A stretch of DNA of 42,706 bases from assembly GCF_001194135.2 (NCBI RefSeq), contig NC_068982.1, positions 181,507,054-181,549,759 of the forward strand. The letters run 5' to 3'. The stretch comes from Octopus bimaculoides. Lineage: Eukaryota. Of the stretch, positions 26,056 to 38,026 are shown piece after piece; position 1 is the first letter of the stretch, and each line of letters begins with the position of its first letter. The position numbers were made by a program, and so were the translations under genes. The notes beneath the pieces were generated by a model that did no database searches, was not told where the DNA came from, and saw only the letters and a list, made by a program, of their open reading frames with translations.

Positions 26056-26166
26056 TCATTTGCATAATATTGCATTCGTTGGAAACTTAGTGAAATGATT
26101 AAATAATACTGTCGAAAAGAGGATATAATTATTACGTTTCCACCGAAAACACAATTATGCAAATCA
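26056..26166. repeat. inverted repeat (~32-bp arms), each arm containing an octamer ATGCAAAT
   Basis: tcatttgcataatattgcattcgttggaaact versus the reverse complement tgatttgcataattgtgttttcggtggaaacg. Octamers lie at 26058-26065 (-) and 26157-26164 (+). Confidence 0.75.
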
Positions 26167-26363
26167 ACCTGTGTATTGACCGAACACATCAGCTTTCGTA
26201 AGAATGATTATTTGAACATCGCATCTCTCCGCATAGGCAAAAGTACCTGAACTTCGTGAACAAGCAAATAAAACCAAAACTACACAGATCAATCCTTGTT
26301 TTGCTGTCCACGTATTTACATAAAATGTAAATTTCGTTAATTTTTTTCGTATTACTTTACATA

Positions 26364-26535
26364 CCAGGGTGGTGTGCTAGCAAAATCGTTCTGGGTTCAA
26401 ATGTCGTCGAGGTCGATATTACCTTTTATCCTTTGAGGATCGATAGAATTAGGATCAGTTGAACGCTGGGGTCGATCAAATCGACTTTCTCTCCCGAAAT
26501 TGGTGTTCTTGAGCCAAAATTTGAAATCAATAATA
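26364..26535 (+). mobile_element. SINE family C, internally deleted
   Basis: ctgggttcaaatgtcgtcgaggtcga...tatcctttgaggatcgat...ctggggtcgatcaaatcgact matches 15365-15576. Confidence 0.75.
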
Positions 26536-26767
26536 CTTTATATATAATAATGGTTATAATTAATATGATATACCTAGCGTCATATAAATTGTTCAATTAA
26601 TACTAAAAAAATGATACATTACATATTTATTTGATAATATAGTACGCATATTATCAAATAATTATGTAATGTATCGATTTTCGGCATTTCTGTGTGAATA
26701 ATTTCATAACTGTGCAAATCAAATTCACTCCACACGAAAGATTTCGTAAAGGACTTAATCCACAAAT

Positions 26768-26768
<1 letters not shown>

Positions 26769-26834
<66 letters not shown>
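26769..26834. repeat. (AT)n microsatellite
   Basis: Directly visible. Confidence 0.97.
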
Positions 26835-26837
<3 letters not shown>

Positions 26838-27271
26838 CAGATATGCAGATATGCACAAGCATTCACAGAAGTAGGCATAAGTGTGTGTATGTTTCTGCGC
26901 GTGTGTGAATGTGCGTGGTTATGTACACATTCAGAAAGTGTGAGAGACAGACAAAAAGCAAGATATATGTTTATGCATAGCTACAAACATATGCATATGC
27001 TTCGTTGTATGTATTTTTAATAGTTATAAGTATGACTGTTAGGGAAGTATTCATTTGAGATAGACTAATTACAAATTTAATTGAGATTTTAATTTCAAAT
27101 ATATTAATTCAGATAATCATCTCGCTTCATATATTTTTCAAGTCGTGCCACATCTCTAGGCATCTGTAATTTCTGTAATACGTCGTACTTGAATATAGAC
27201 TTTTGCAACATTAACTTCAAATACTTGTATATTTTCTTTTTTTCCTAATTCAGCTATAGTTTCCCCTTCAG

Positions 27272-27318
27272 GTTATCAGATTTTTATCTGCAATGAATGC
27301 AGCAGAACGTGATGAGAA
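27272..27318 (+). CDS. candidate 47-nt exon, VIRFLSAMNAAERDE(K/N)
   Basis: tagtttccccttcag|GTTATC...GAGAA|gtaatg. Only the phase-0 frame is open. Confidence 0.28.
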
Positions 27319-27865
27319 GTAATGGAAACTAAATGTAGACAACCAGCGTAATAGTCTTCGGCGTGTTAAACTAGGATTTCAATATATGCTATATAAATTT
27401 AATAATTAAGCAAATATTTTAAAGCTATGATAGTAAATCATGTGTGTTATCTAATTAAGGATTTACTATAGCGAAAGAGAAACTATTTTCATATTATTGG
27501 AAAATATTACAAATTTTTATTATGATGCAATAATCAATATTTCTCTCACAAAATATTAGATATATTTTTGCCGATATGAAAAATAGGAAAATAGATTGAT
27601 ACTGTCGTAAAATTAATGACTATTAAAACTGTTCTGTGGCAAATGTAATGTTTAAAACTACCGAAGCATGACAAACTCACAATAAATGAAATGTATATTA
27701 AAATGTGTCAGTATTATAAATGGAAGTCTTTAAAAAAAGTATAAGCTCTTAATAAAATAAAAATGGTATCCAATAGTCCTTCATACTAACTTTCCTTCTG
27801 ATTAAGCGCAATATATTTATACGACATACTTTAGGTGCTGTTTTTTTTATTTAGAAATCTAGTAT

Positions 27866-28073
27866 ATTCTTTTCTACTCTAGGCACAAGTCCCCACCTTT
27901 TGACGGAGGGGTGCCAGACGATTAGCTCGACCTCAGTACACAACTGGTACTAAATATATCGACTCCGAAAGGATGAAAGGTGAAGTCGATGGCGGCGGAA
28001 TTGGAATTCAGAACATAAAGACAGACGAAATACCGATACGCATTTCACCCGACATTTTTGCCAGCTCGCCTCC
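27866..28073 (-). mobile_element. SINE family C
   Basis: The reverse complement ggaggcgagctggcaaaa...ggtatttcgtctgtc...gacttcacctttcatcctttcggagtcgat...cttgtgcctagagtagaaaagaat matches 15365-15576. Confidence 0.82.
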
Positions 28074-28099
28074 TTTAAAATCTAGTATTTTAACGTTTA

Positions 28100-28210
28100 C
28101 ATACATACGTACTTACGTATATAATACATACATACATACATACATACATGCATACATACATACATGCATACATACATACATACATACATACACACATACA
28201 TACATACATA
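28100..28210. repeat. (CATA)n microsatellite
   Basis: Directly visible. Confidence 0.96.
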
Positions 28211-28409
28211 CGGTCTTATCAACCTATGTGACATGATGGTTTAACTAGGCCACTGTATAAAGAGATACGTCGGAAGAATAAACCCGAGAACAAAGAAATA
28301 AAAAAATCACAGTGTGGTAGAAGTCATAGCCACTCATAATAAAAAGGAATACTGGTGGAATGTACCAGTGAAAAGCTCAATAAAATGTAAACACAATAGA
28401 CCTGATATT

Positions 28410-28412
<3 letters not shown>
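28211..28412 (+). mobile_element. R4/Dong-type (RLE) non-LTR retrotransposon fragment
   Basis: YQPM*HDGLTRPLYKEIRRKNKPENKEIKNHSVVEVIATHNKKEYWWNVPVKSSIKCKHNRPDII aligns with the 40570-41310 copy (KEYWWNVPWKTSIRCKQNRPEIMIWD). Confidence 0.85.
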
Positions 28413-28450
<38 letters not shown>

Positions 28451-28590
28451 AATACATGCTTCATACATATATATTTTACTACTATTACTGTTTATGTTAA
28501 ATATAAATATATGTTGGATAGAAAGTCTAATCCACATACAAATCACAGTGTTTGTTTATATATTCACATATGCATATCTCTCTCTCTCTC

Positions 28591-28662
<72 letters not shown>
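28411..28662. repeat. (GATA)n (28411-28449) and (TC)n (28577-28662) microsatellites
   Basis: Directly visible. Confidence 0.96.
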
Positions 28663-28667
<5 letters not shown>

Positions 28668-28689
28668 ATATATAGTCTTCTACTATTGT

Positions 28690-28766
28690 CTCAGTCTTTG
28701 GTCGGCCTGAGGCAATAGTAGAAGACACTTGCCCAGTGGATGGGAAGCAAACCTCTTACCACGCAT
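28690..28766 (-). mobile_element. SINE family A head fragment, internally deleted
   Basis: ctttggtcggcctgaggcaatagtagaagacacttgccca...gggaagcaaacctcttaccac is homologous to 525-670 and 42425-42565. Confidence 0.7.
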
Positions 28767-29297
28767 CCTCGTGCGCGCTATTATAGTGACAGGTAAAAGA
28801 GCATAATAAACTAAAAAGATATATGCGTAGATACCCAAGTCACACATAGTAGGAACAGAAATAAAATAAAAGAAAGCAAAATGAAAAAAAGGAAAAATGC
28901 ATGCATATATATATTTCTGTACGCACAACTATACATTTCTTACGCACATTCTTATTGTTTTTAAACACCAGAAATAGATAATACAACATGATAAATTTAG
29001 ATAAAATGTAGCATAAAATAATGACATACGAGTAAAATAAAATATATTGACGTCTATTTATATATGGACACATATACAGTTCCAACATACATTGTTATTT
29101 GACATACTATACCTATTAATATGAATATAAACTAGGGCCAACCCACAAACAAGGTATTATGTACGCATATATATGTATGTATGTGTGTGTCTTTGTGTGT
29201 GTGTGTGTCTGTCTCTTTGTGTATGCGTGTTTGTGCTTCCTACATATATTGAAATATTTTTGTAAACCAGTGTTTAATGCATACATTTAAAGGAAAG

Positions 29298-29941
29298 TTT
29301 GCACCATAATACCTTCAAGTGTTTCAGAATCCACTTCACTGATTTCTCTATTGATTTTCCTTTCTCGTTGCACCGGGATTTTCTTTTGTGTTGACGTAAG
29401 CCCTCTCTTTCAGGCATCCACGCAAGAAAGATTTTGGGCTAGTCGAGTCTGGGGAACATGAAGACCATTCAAAGTAAACCACATACTTGGCTCCAACAAG
29501 ACAGGGCAACTGCTCATACCGCAACGGAAACAATGCGGTTGCTACGGTTGTGCTTCCGAGAGAGAATAGCTACGGCAACGTCACAAAGTCTTCATGCTGC
29601 CCGGACTTGACTAGCCCGGAGTTTTTCTTGTGGGGTGAACTGAAAGAGACAGTTTACGTCAACAAACCGGATACTTTGAAGGAGAACATCAATAGAGAAA
29701 TCAAAGAAGTTTGGGTCTGAAACTCTTGAGAGTGTAATAGTCCAAGTTTTGGAAAGAGCAAGGGAGTACGAAGCCGAAAGTGCCTACCAGTTAAGCAATG
29801 CCATTTTTCATATGTGGTGTAGTGGTGTGCATATTAATTTCCATTATGCCTTTTATATCATATCAAACTTTCATGCATTTATTTGTAGAGTTAAGGATGT
29901 TATTAAAAATTGAAACACATCAGTTACCTTTGGGACACCCG
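29298..29941 (+). mobile_element. Tc1/mariner transposase C-terminal relic with internal inverted duplication and right terminus
   Basis: WLQQDRATAHTATETMRLLR (QQD motif) and CPDLTSPEFFLWGELKETVYVNKP. An inverted copy at 29298-29465 reads WSSCSPDSTSPKSFLRGCLKERAYVN. The terminus cagttacctttgggacacccg is followed by ATATA. Confidence 0.85.
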
Positions 29942-30757
29942 ATATATATATATATATATGTATATGTGTATGTATATTATATATATTACATGTATGTATG
30001 TATGTCTATGATGTGTTTATATGTGTATGCTACTATATGTAGACATGTATATATATGCACATATAACGCACACACACCTATATAAATTCGTATATGATTG
30101 TAATGGTGTATGGATGAGTCGATAAATGCATATGAGTGTGTTTTCCTGTATTATTGTGTGAAAGGATGCAAAACATGTAAGTGATGATGCAATTTTCACT
30201 AATTGCAAATACAAATCGATACATGTATGAATAGCTTCATTTGATTCATTTTCTTAGTCATGCTCACATTTATTAAATAATTTTTCAACAATATAATTAG
30301 TAATTTTCAGAAACTTTTGATACATTGTTTTTAAAGTACTGCGATGTTTTCACACTGAAGTACGAGATTTTATTTTTCATATGTCTTATAGCTATTTTTC
30401 TATTCTCTGTTTTCGTATTATTTTGCCTCGTATCACGATATCTTCACTGTTTGTTCTGGATAATGCTATTCCTTATCAGAAATCAATAACAGCCTTACTG
30501 CATTTTATGAAGAAAATTTTGTAGAATTTATTCCTTAAGTGATACGTGAAAGAGAAATTTAATATAGGAGGAAAACAACTTGAAAATATAAATATGTCTT
30601 CCTCCAAAAATGATTTTGAAAATTAGTATAGCAGCAACAAAAGTAGAAAAAACAGTATGAACAACTGTATCAGGAGCACCAGCATTGCTTTACTGATCTA
30701 CGAAAACTGAAGGGACATTTTATCCGATAGTTCTTCTCACTGTTTAGTTTTTGTTAG

Positions 30758-30857
30758 ATTCAGAATATCTTCAAGCATCAGATAGCATCCAATTGACAAC
30801 TTTTCTTGATGGAAACAGAAAACAAAACAAAATAAAAGAAAAGAAACACTCAGTAAG
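30758..30857 (+). CDS. candidate exon, (D)SEYLQASDSIQLTTFLDGNRKQNKIKEKKHSV
   Basis: cttctcactgtttagtttttgttag|ATTCAG...; donors TCA|gtaagg (30852) or AAG|gtaatt (30857); one frame is open. Confidence 0.3.
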
Positions 30858-32423
30858 GTAATTCAATCTCTTAAAATCAAATTCGCAAAAGGTGAGTGCC
30901 GAATATATTATTGGAAATCTGGTGAAAAAAATATGTATTAGGATATTTATAAACTTGCTGCAAAAAGAGACAGTAGTAAAACATAAATAAGTGCCTAAAT
31001 ACATCGATACTGTGCATTGACATTGAATATCTGACATCAGCTGATATCTAAACCTAAGTTCAATTTTAAGTCAAATAAAGTCTGTGTACTTGTTTAATTG
31101 GTGAATTAAACAAGCATTTATTAAATGTTTTTAATATCTTTGCCTATTAGTAATTAGTAATTACTCAATTACCAAATTGTCGTTGGTAAATTTCTACATG
31201 CTATCAAGCGAAGGGTCAATAGGAAATATTGCTTCTTGTAAAAATCAAAGGTTATCAATTATTGTTGAGTTGAGTTAACAACAGTGAGGAGGTTCATTCA
31301 CGTTGACACTACTTCACGTTGCGTGATGTCACCATCTTATGTATAGGAAAACTATCATACAAATATGCCCACGTAGTTATTTCAAAGAAGAAATATATAG
31401 ATAATTTTTTTTTAATCCTTGGAATTAATTATACGAATAAACATTTTCTCTGAAATTTAAAAATTGGTTGCAAAACAATATGTCAAATCAAATGTTAAAC
31501 TATTATATATTAATCTAAAAATATAATAAGCGTTTACTTTATAAGACTGTTTGATAAGTACACTTTACGACTCGTATTATAATTTATTGGCACAATGTCA
31601 AATTTCTAGAACTTTTCTGAATATTATTTCTAAAATCTATATTTCATACACTTAGTAAAAATTGTTGAAAATTATTATACAATCTAATAGAAAGTATGAC
31701 CGCAGTGTAATATCAATGTTGACATGGGCTGATTTAAAATGATATGAAATATATTTCATAGAAAGAAAATTCTGTGGCCATGACATGTATGCATTCCTCT
31801 TCATAAGATTCCACCTACAATTGTTTATTGATAAAATGCCATGTCAAAACGAAGTGTTCTACTATGCGTTTCATCATATTCATGAATTATTTCGGGCATA
31901 TTTTAGTACGAAATCTAAGTTAAGTGTCTGGAGTCACCAGTTATATAGCGCATTGACGAAGATGAATTGATAGATAAATAGCTTGCCGAAGACATTCCGA
32001 ATAGCTTACCCGAGACACTCTATCATACGTCTTATATAAGTCAAACTAAATGTGTATGAGTGCAGAGTTTATATTTGTATATTTCGATGTTTTTATGTTT
32101 GTGCGTGTTGTCTGTGTGACTGTGTTTTAGTATACATATGCATATTCTTATGTTGGTACGCACACTAACACATATAATCTTGTAAGTTATTGTCACAATA
32201 TTTGAAAATATAATTACGTCAAAGTTGACATTTATTAAGAATATTTTTAAAATATATATAAAACAGTCCTGTTAAAAGAATATATAAGTGGTTTCACTGT
32301 TTTTAGCTTATCAAACACATGTAGTGTAAAAGAAAATGTATTTTATTTTTATCGGCATAGCAGTACATATTTTTCATCATGTCCGTATTTCTGTTTCAGT
32401 TTCAGACTAGCAGGCTGTATCTA

Positions 32424-32424
<1 letters not shown>

Positions 32425-32486
<62 letters not shown>

Positions 32487-32487
32487 T
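32425..32487. repeat. (AT)n microsatellite
   Basis: Directly visible. Confidence 0.97.
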
Positions 32488-32519
32488 AATTAATCATTTT
32501 ATGGTTTTATTTGTAACAA

Positions 32520-34800
32520 AAATAAGATATATTGAATTTCCCATTCAGAAAAATGTCTTTTTCATTTCAAAACATTCCCAACAGATGGATTCTTGATATG
32601 TTGTTTAAATATCCTGACACGACCCATTAATTCTGTTCCTGTTCATTTGGCATAGTTCCAATTTCATTATGGTCATATTATTTTTCGTTCTGAAATTCAT
32701 ACTTGCATTAACGTTAAATTATTTTTCCATTCTTAATTTTTTTTTCATTCTACTCTCTTCCGTCTAATCACACATCCTCCAACACTTTGTTACCTGCATC
32801 TGCTGATATGAATTTTGCGTTTCTGTTTTAAGACTGTGTGGTTGTCTTCAACTGTTAATAGTTTTTGACTGTTTAGTGTGTATTATTTATCTATTTATAT
32901 ATTTTGTATTTGATGATTTACGTATTGTTAGGATTCTAAGTGACTGCAAAGTGGAGATATCTTTGTATTGTTTACCTCTCTTTGTGATTGCGTCTCTGTA
33001 AGGCAGGCATCCAGATTTGTTTTGCTTTGGTTGTAGCACTATTGACTGCGTTTATCGGATCACTTTGTGAGAATATTTTTAGATCTTCTATTCATCTGTG
33101 TCACATAGTTGATCATATGTCACATATATGTCTTGCTGTTTTCTTTGGAATACTTTTCTCGTGTGGGGGGTTCATGGCAAAACCAAAAGTCAATTAATGG
33201 TGTGTGTACGTGTCATTTCAGTACAAATCAATTAGAAATCTCCTTTACCTTATTTATCGCATCATCCAGTAACTGAAATTACATTCCATTTATTTCAGTC
33301 GTTAATTGTATCGATTCATGATAGTGAGATTGATTAATTTGCAGACATTATGTCCTTGTTTTCCTTTTCAATATTATAGGACTTTCTTCCAGTTTAATTT
33401 TGAACCGTATTAGAAATGCTATTCCAAAATTATCTAATGTTGGGAGTGCACCAATTTTCTTGAAAGAATTACATTATCGAAATTGTTACGGATCTGAGAC
33501 CAACTATTTTTTCTATAGCTCTTCATGTTATTTGAAGATAGATATAAAGAACTAGTAGCGCTTTCCTACTACCAATCATAATTATTCTGTTATGAATGCC
33601 TTCCAGGCTTTCATCTGAATTATATGTTGGCACTTTGTATTCGGTATGCCATTGCCTAGAATTTCCATCACATGTGATATTCGTATAGAGGGTGGTCACA
33701 TAGAAATAACTAGCAGCGTTTTATTTACTCTTTGATGTGATTTAAAGAGTCTATGTGATCTCACAAGAGTTTAAAACTCCATTTCTGTTTGGAACGAATT
33801 TCAACATTATGCCCAGTAAATTGCGTAACTGTTGGGTTCCTAATGTTAATCTAAGCAAAATTGGGTGCGATTTTTATATAAGACAGTTTGAAAATTTAAT
33901 ACATGATTTGTGGAGGATTTTATGCAGATATGGATTTTCTTTTTGGTGGTACGAAGTTTTGTAGTCCATTTTATAATTGTTACAAATTATTTGTTGTTAA
34001 GTTGCTTTGAGATTTCTGCTGTAACTTTTCCATGTTCTTCAAACTTTCTGTATTGGCTTTTAAAACAAATATAAGTTAATTATTCCACGAAAATTATCTA
34101 TAACGATCCGTGTCCATTATGACAATGTTTCTTTTTGTCAGATTCTCTAATGAATGTAAAAAATCATTTTTTGAAAGAGCAGTAATTTTCTAATTCTTTT
34201 GAAAGATATATAATCATCTAAGTTTTTATTTCTCTTCATCGGAGATGCCAATTTTGATTTGCTTTTTCGGAATTGATGGATCCTCATACACAATTTTTTG
34301 AAATACTTTGCGCAAATTAAATTTCTTAAATCTCTTCATTTCCCTTATGTCTAAAGCTAAGTTGTTCTTTCTCACTTTTCAGCTGTTTAGAAAGCGGTGT
34401 TCGCAGTTCTTGATATGTCTAGGATTATTGTCCTACGAACTTGCTCGCTTTCTTGGTATCTGTTTAGAAAACTTATGCATTCTTTGTTTGTCTGTCTGTT
34501 TTGCTCATTTTTTTCCTTATTATGTGCATGCGTATTATACAAGCTGATTTTGTTTTGATAGGAAATATTGAATTGCTGTCTCTTCTTGTTTGTATACAAT
34601 TAAAATATGAAGAGTAAATCTGATAAATTTTGACTTCTTTTTAATATAGGAGTTATAACCATATATGCTGTTTTCGAGAGTATTTTTGAAAGTTTCTGGA
34701 GCAAAGCGTTTATAGTTCCGCAGGTTCTCTTCCGTAACTGGTTCTGTAATAGTGTACCCGCTAATATTTCGATTTCCGTATTTTTGCTTGATTGTCCATC
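32520..34800 (-). mobile_element. Penelope-like element (RT + GIY-YIG), heavily decayed; boundaries approximate
   Basis: Colinear remnants KSHPIL (RPI motif), TLLV/FYVTTLYTNI (FDVTSLYTNI), AM..KVPTY (GTAMG..APTYA) and CHEPPHEKSIPKKTARHICD (H.P.HTK..IP..LA.RI), then a weak GIY-YIG-linker remnant KNGK..NVNASMN..TKN. Confidence 0.8.
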
Positions 34801-35039
34801 TTCCCAGAAAGATATTATAATTCTATGAGCTGATCTTGCAATAGCGCTATTGCAAAGCTCTTATGAACTGGAGACTAGATACTTGCAGGCATCGACAACT
34901 GCTAATTAGCCTTCTCTAACGAAGATTCAAAATACAGATGCACTGCCCTAAAAGTCATATGAATATATGTACACCGACACACAAACACTCACACACAAGT
35001 GTATATATTTTATATATTTATATATATGTTTATATATTG

Positions 35040-35260
35040 GATGAGTTCCTTTGTCGTTTGACGAGAATTTCCGTGCAAAAGTTGGTTTAATCGCTTGTCA
35101 TCGAACTCAACTGGACAGCCAGAACAAGGTGCGCCTTTGTGTTCAAAGTTTCCATTTTTGAACTTGGCATAACAATCACGAGTGGTTCTTTCAGCTATAG
35201 CACCCTCCCATGCAAATGTCGCGAGCAGCAATTGCGGCTTTAGAACCTTGATTATATTGA
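35040..35260 (-). mobile_element. mariner (Mos1/Hsmar-type) transposase N-terminal HTH fragment
   Basis: NQGSKAAIAARDI / WEGAIAERTTRDCYAKFKNGNFEHKGAPCSGCPVEFDDKRLNQLLHGNSRQTTKEL matches the mariner HTH and SGRP linker. Confidence 0.88.
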
Positions 35261-35758
35261 TACTTTTTTTCTTTTAAGGATCATATATAACTGTATAACT
35301 TGTCTATTTTTCTATAAACGTACGACGCTATGTAAAGTTTCACTGAATGTATACAGACAAATATGTTTGCGGACAGTGAACATAAAAAAAAAAAATGCTT
35401 GTGTTACCTCTAAGAAGAACGTCAGAAAATGGACTACCAGGTCACTTATGAGTCTCTCATAAGTACTACTGGTAACATGGCATCCAGTACAACCTGTTGT
35501 ATGGTCGGATAGTCGGCGACTAAACTGGTACCCTCACCAGGCTATTCTGATAAGGACAGTTGCTAGAAACCCAGCAGGTTTAAAAGCAAGTGATGCTGAA
35601 TGTTCAGATGAACCTAGTGCAGTCTCAACGGCTATCTAGCAATAACACAGGTACACAGAATTTCCAGGGTGATGTCCAACATGCAAGAAGACCACTGGTA
35701 GTGACAGAGTATTTATTTTATAGAGATCGAAATCGCATATAAATACAATATTTTCTTA

Positions 35759-35802
<44 letters not shown>

Positions 35803-36182
35803 TTATTAACATATTTTTTCGCTAGCCTCACACAATTTCTGGATCATCATGCCTGCAATAGTACATATATTTACGCGAGGGAAATGATGTCTTCTCTAGG
35901 TCGGTTATGTGTTGTTAACTACGAACTAACTGTTCATTATAATTTCGTTTTCAATTCAGTACTTCGGCACTGTTAGCGTAATTAAAATTCTTGTAACGTC
36001 TAAATACCTTTGATAGGCTTCTGTATTGTATTTCGGATGAATTTACTCATCCATATATTTCCTGCATCTCATAACATTAAAAGAAAAAGACGATGCGAAC
36101 CATAGCATTACTCGCCTGCATAATATTACAGCATGACTATCACTATCTTTCGCTCAATAGTTTAGTTGCCTATCTGGTCACA

Positions 36183-36405
36183 AGCAAATATATACATTCT
36201 CTTCTTTCTCTCACGCTTGACCAAACGGAACATCCAAGATGTGATAGGTGGATAAAAAGAAAACAGTTCAAACACTTGATTCGTTCATCTTTACAGCTGA
36301 GTTGGTAGGAGTAACTTACAAAGAAGTAGCTTGATCAATGACACAATGTTGCATAATTAATAAAATGTATGGAAGGAACGATAGCACGATTCAATAGACC
36401 TTCGG
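36183..36405 (+). repeat. unclassified dispersed repeat, copy 1 (copy 2 at 39317-39520)
   Basis: Identical 28-mer tttctctcacgcttgaccaaacggaaca, followed by ~170 bp of colinear diverged similarity. Confidence 0.8.
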
Positions 36406-37700
36406 CAAATCTTTCTGCGAAAATTTTGTACTTGAGATTAAATACGTATACAGAATGTGGGGAAAGAAATTACTCAAACAGTCTATTCACTGACAAATCA
36501 TATTTGGGATATTTTACATCGTTCATAGTAAATAATATACATTTAAGTGTCGGGCAGTTGACAGTAAATTTGTGTGAAGCTACATCAGAAATGTGCAAAT
36601 TTATGGTCGCTGACTAATTACATAAATATTTAGTTTTGAATGTATACATATATGTATATAACTATATAGAGAGTTGATTGATAACATCGACTCTCCTATA
36701 CTGTCATCTTCAATCATCTTTTAATCCATCAAAGGGTTATTTAGTAATTAGTGGTTGACAGAAGCTGAACTCTTTCTTTCGATTAGTGAAAAAAATTGAT
36801 CATTAAAATGTTTACCTCAAATGAGCAATTCTTCTCAATCTAATATCCTACGGCCAATAACATTTCCAATTATAGTGTAATTATTCAGAAAATTAGTTAC
36901 ACCTTTATTGTTGATTTGATTTAGTTTATAATATAATGCAAACTGAAGGGAGTTGGAATAGTTTCAATTTACATATTTCTGTTATTTAGCACATATTCAT
37001 ATTTAAATGCGGCACTGAAATGCATCCTAATATCTGTATCAAAAAGGACATTAATTTTTATGTTCATATATATTTCTGAGCCTACCAGCCTGTAGCAAGA
37101 TGACTTCCTAATACTTGTCTATCCAATGATGATCAGCAATAGTAATATTGCTTTGAATCAGATCAATAACTACAAACTAGGTAGGATTTGTCAGGATTTC
37201 ACTGAGTGCTTAATGATATATTATTGATGCATTCTAGTAAATGATGTATTCTTATAGTTCTTGAGATAAGTAGATGATATAGCACAAACATGTAAAATTC
37301 AAAATAGAGATTGTTCTTTCAATCGCAGAAGTCAAGCTATGTAATTTGAGATATCTTTTCTCTCACCAATATAAGCGTGTAATAAAATGGATTCGGCAAT
37401 TTGGCAAAAATGCCGTTTCATTTATTACACTTAACCACAAGTATGGATGTTTGAAATCAAAGGAAATGAACTAGCAAACTTATCACTTCTCAAATATTTT
37501 AGTAATCAAATTGGATTCGCCCATTTTATTTTAGGGATGGGGTAAACTTCTGTCCTTTAAAGTAATTTTATAACTGAAGTGTAAAGTCATTTTATTTCAC
37601 TTCCGAATGTGAAAGAGAAAGTCAACTCATCCTATTAGAATGATCTAGTAACTAAGCATTTTTTAACGATTTTTATTGTTTTACTCGTTTGTAGACATTG

Positions 37701-38020
<320 letters not shown>

Positions 38021-38026
38021 ATTTGC

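Noticed and set aside
31743-31760. 18-bp palindrome tatgaaatatatttcata
   Set aside because: Almost entirely A/T in TA-rich sequence, with no associated structure.
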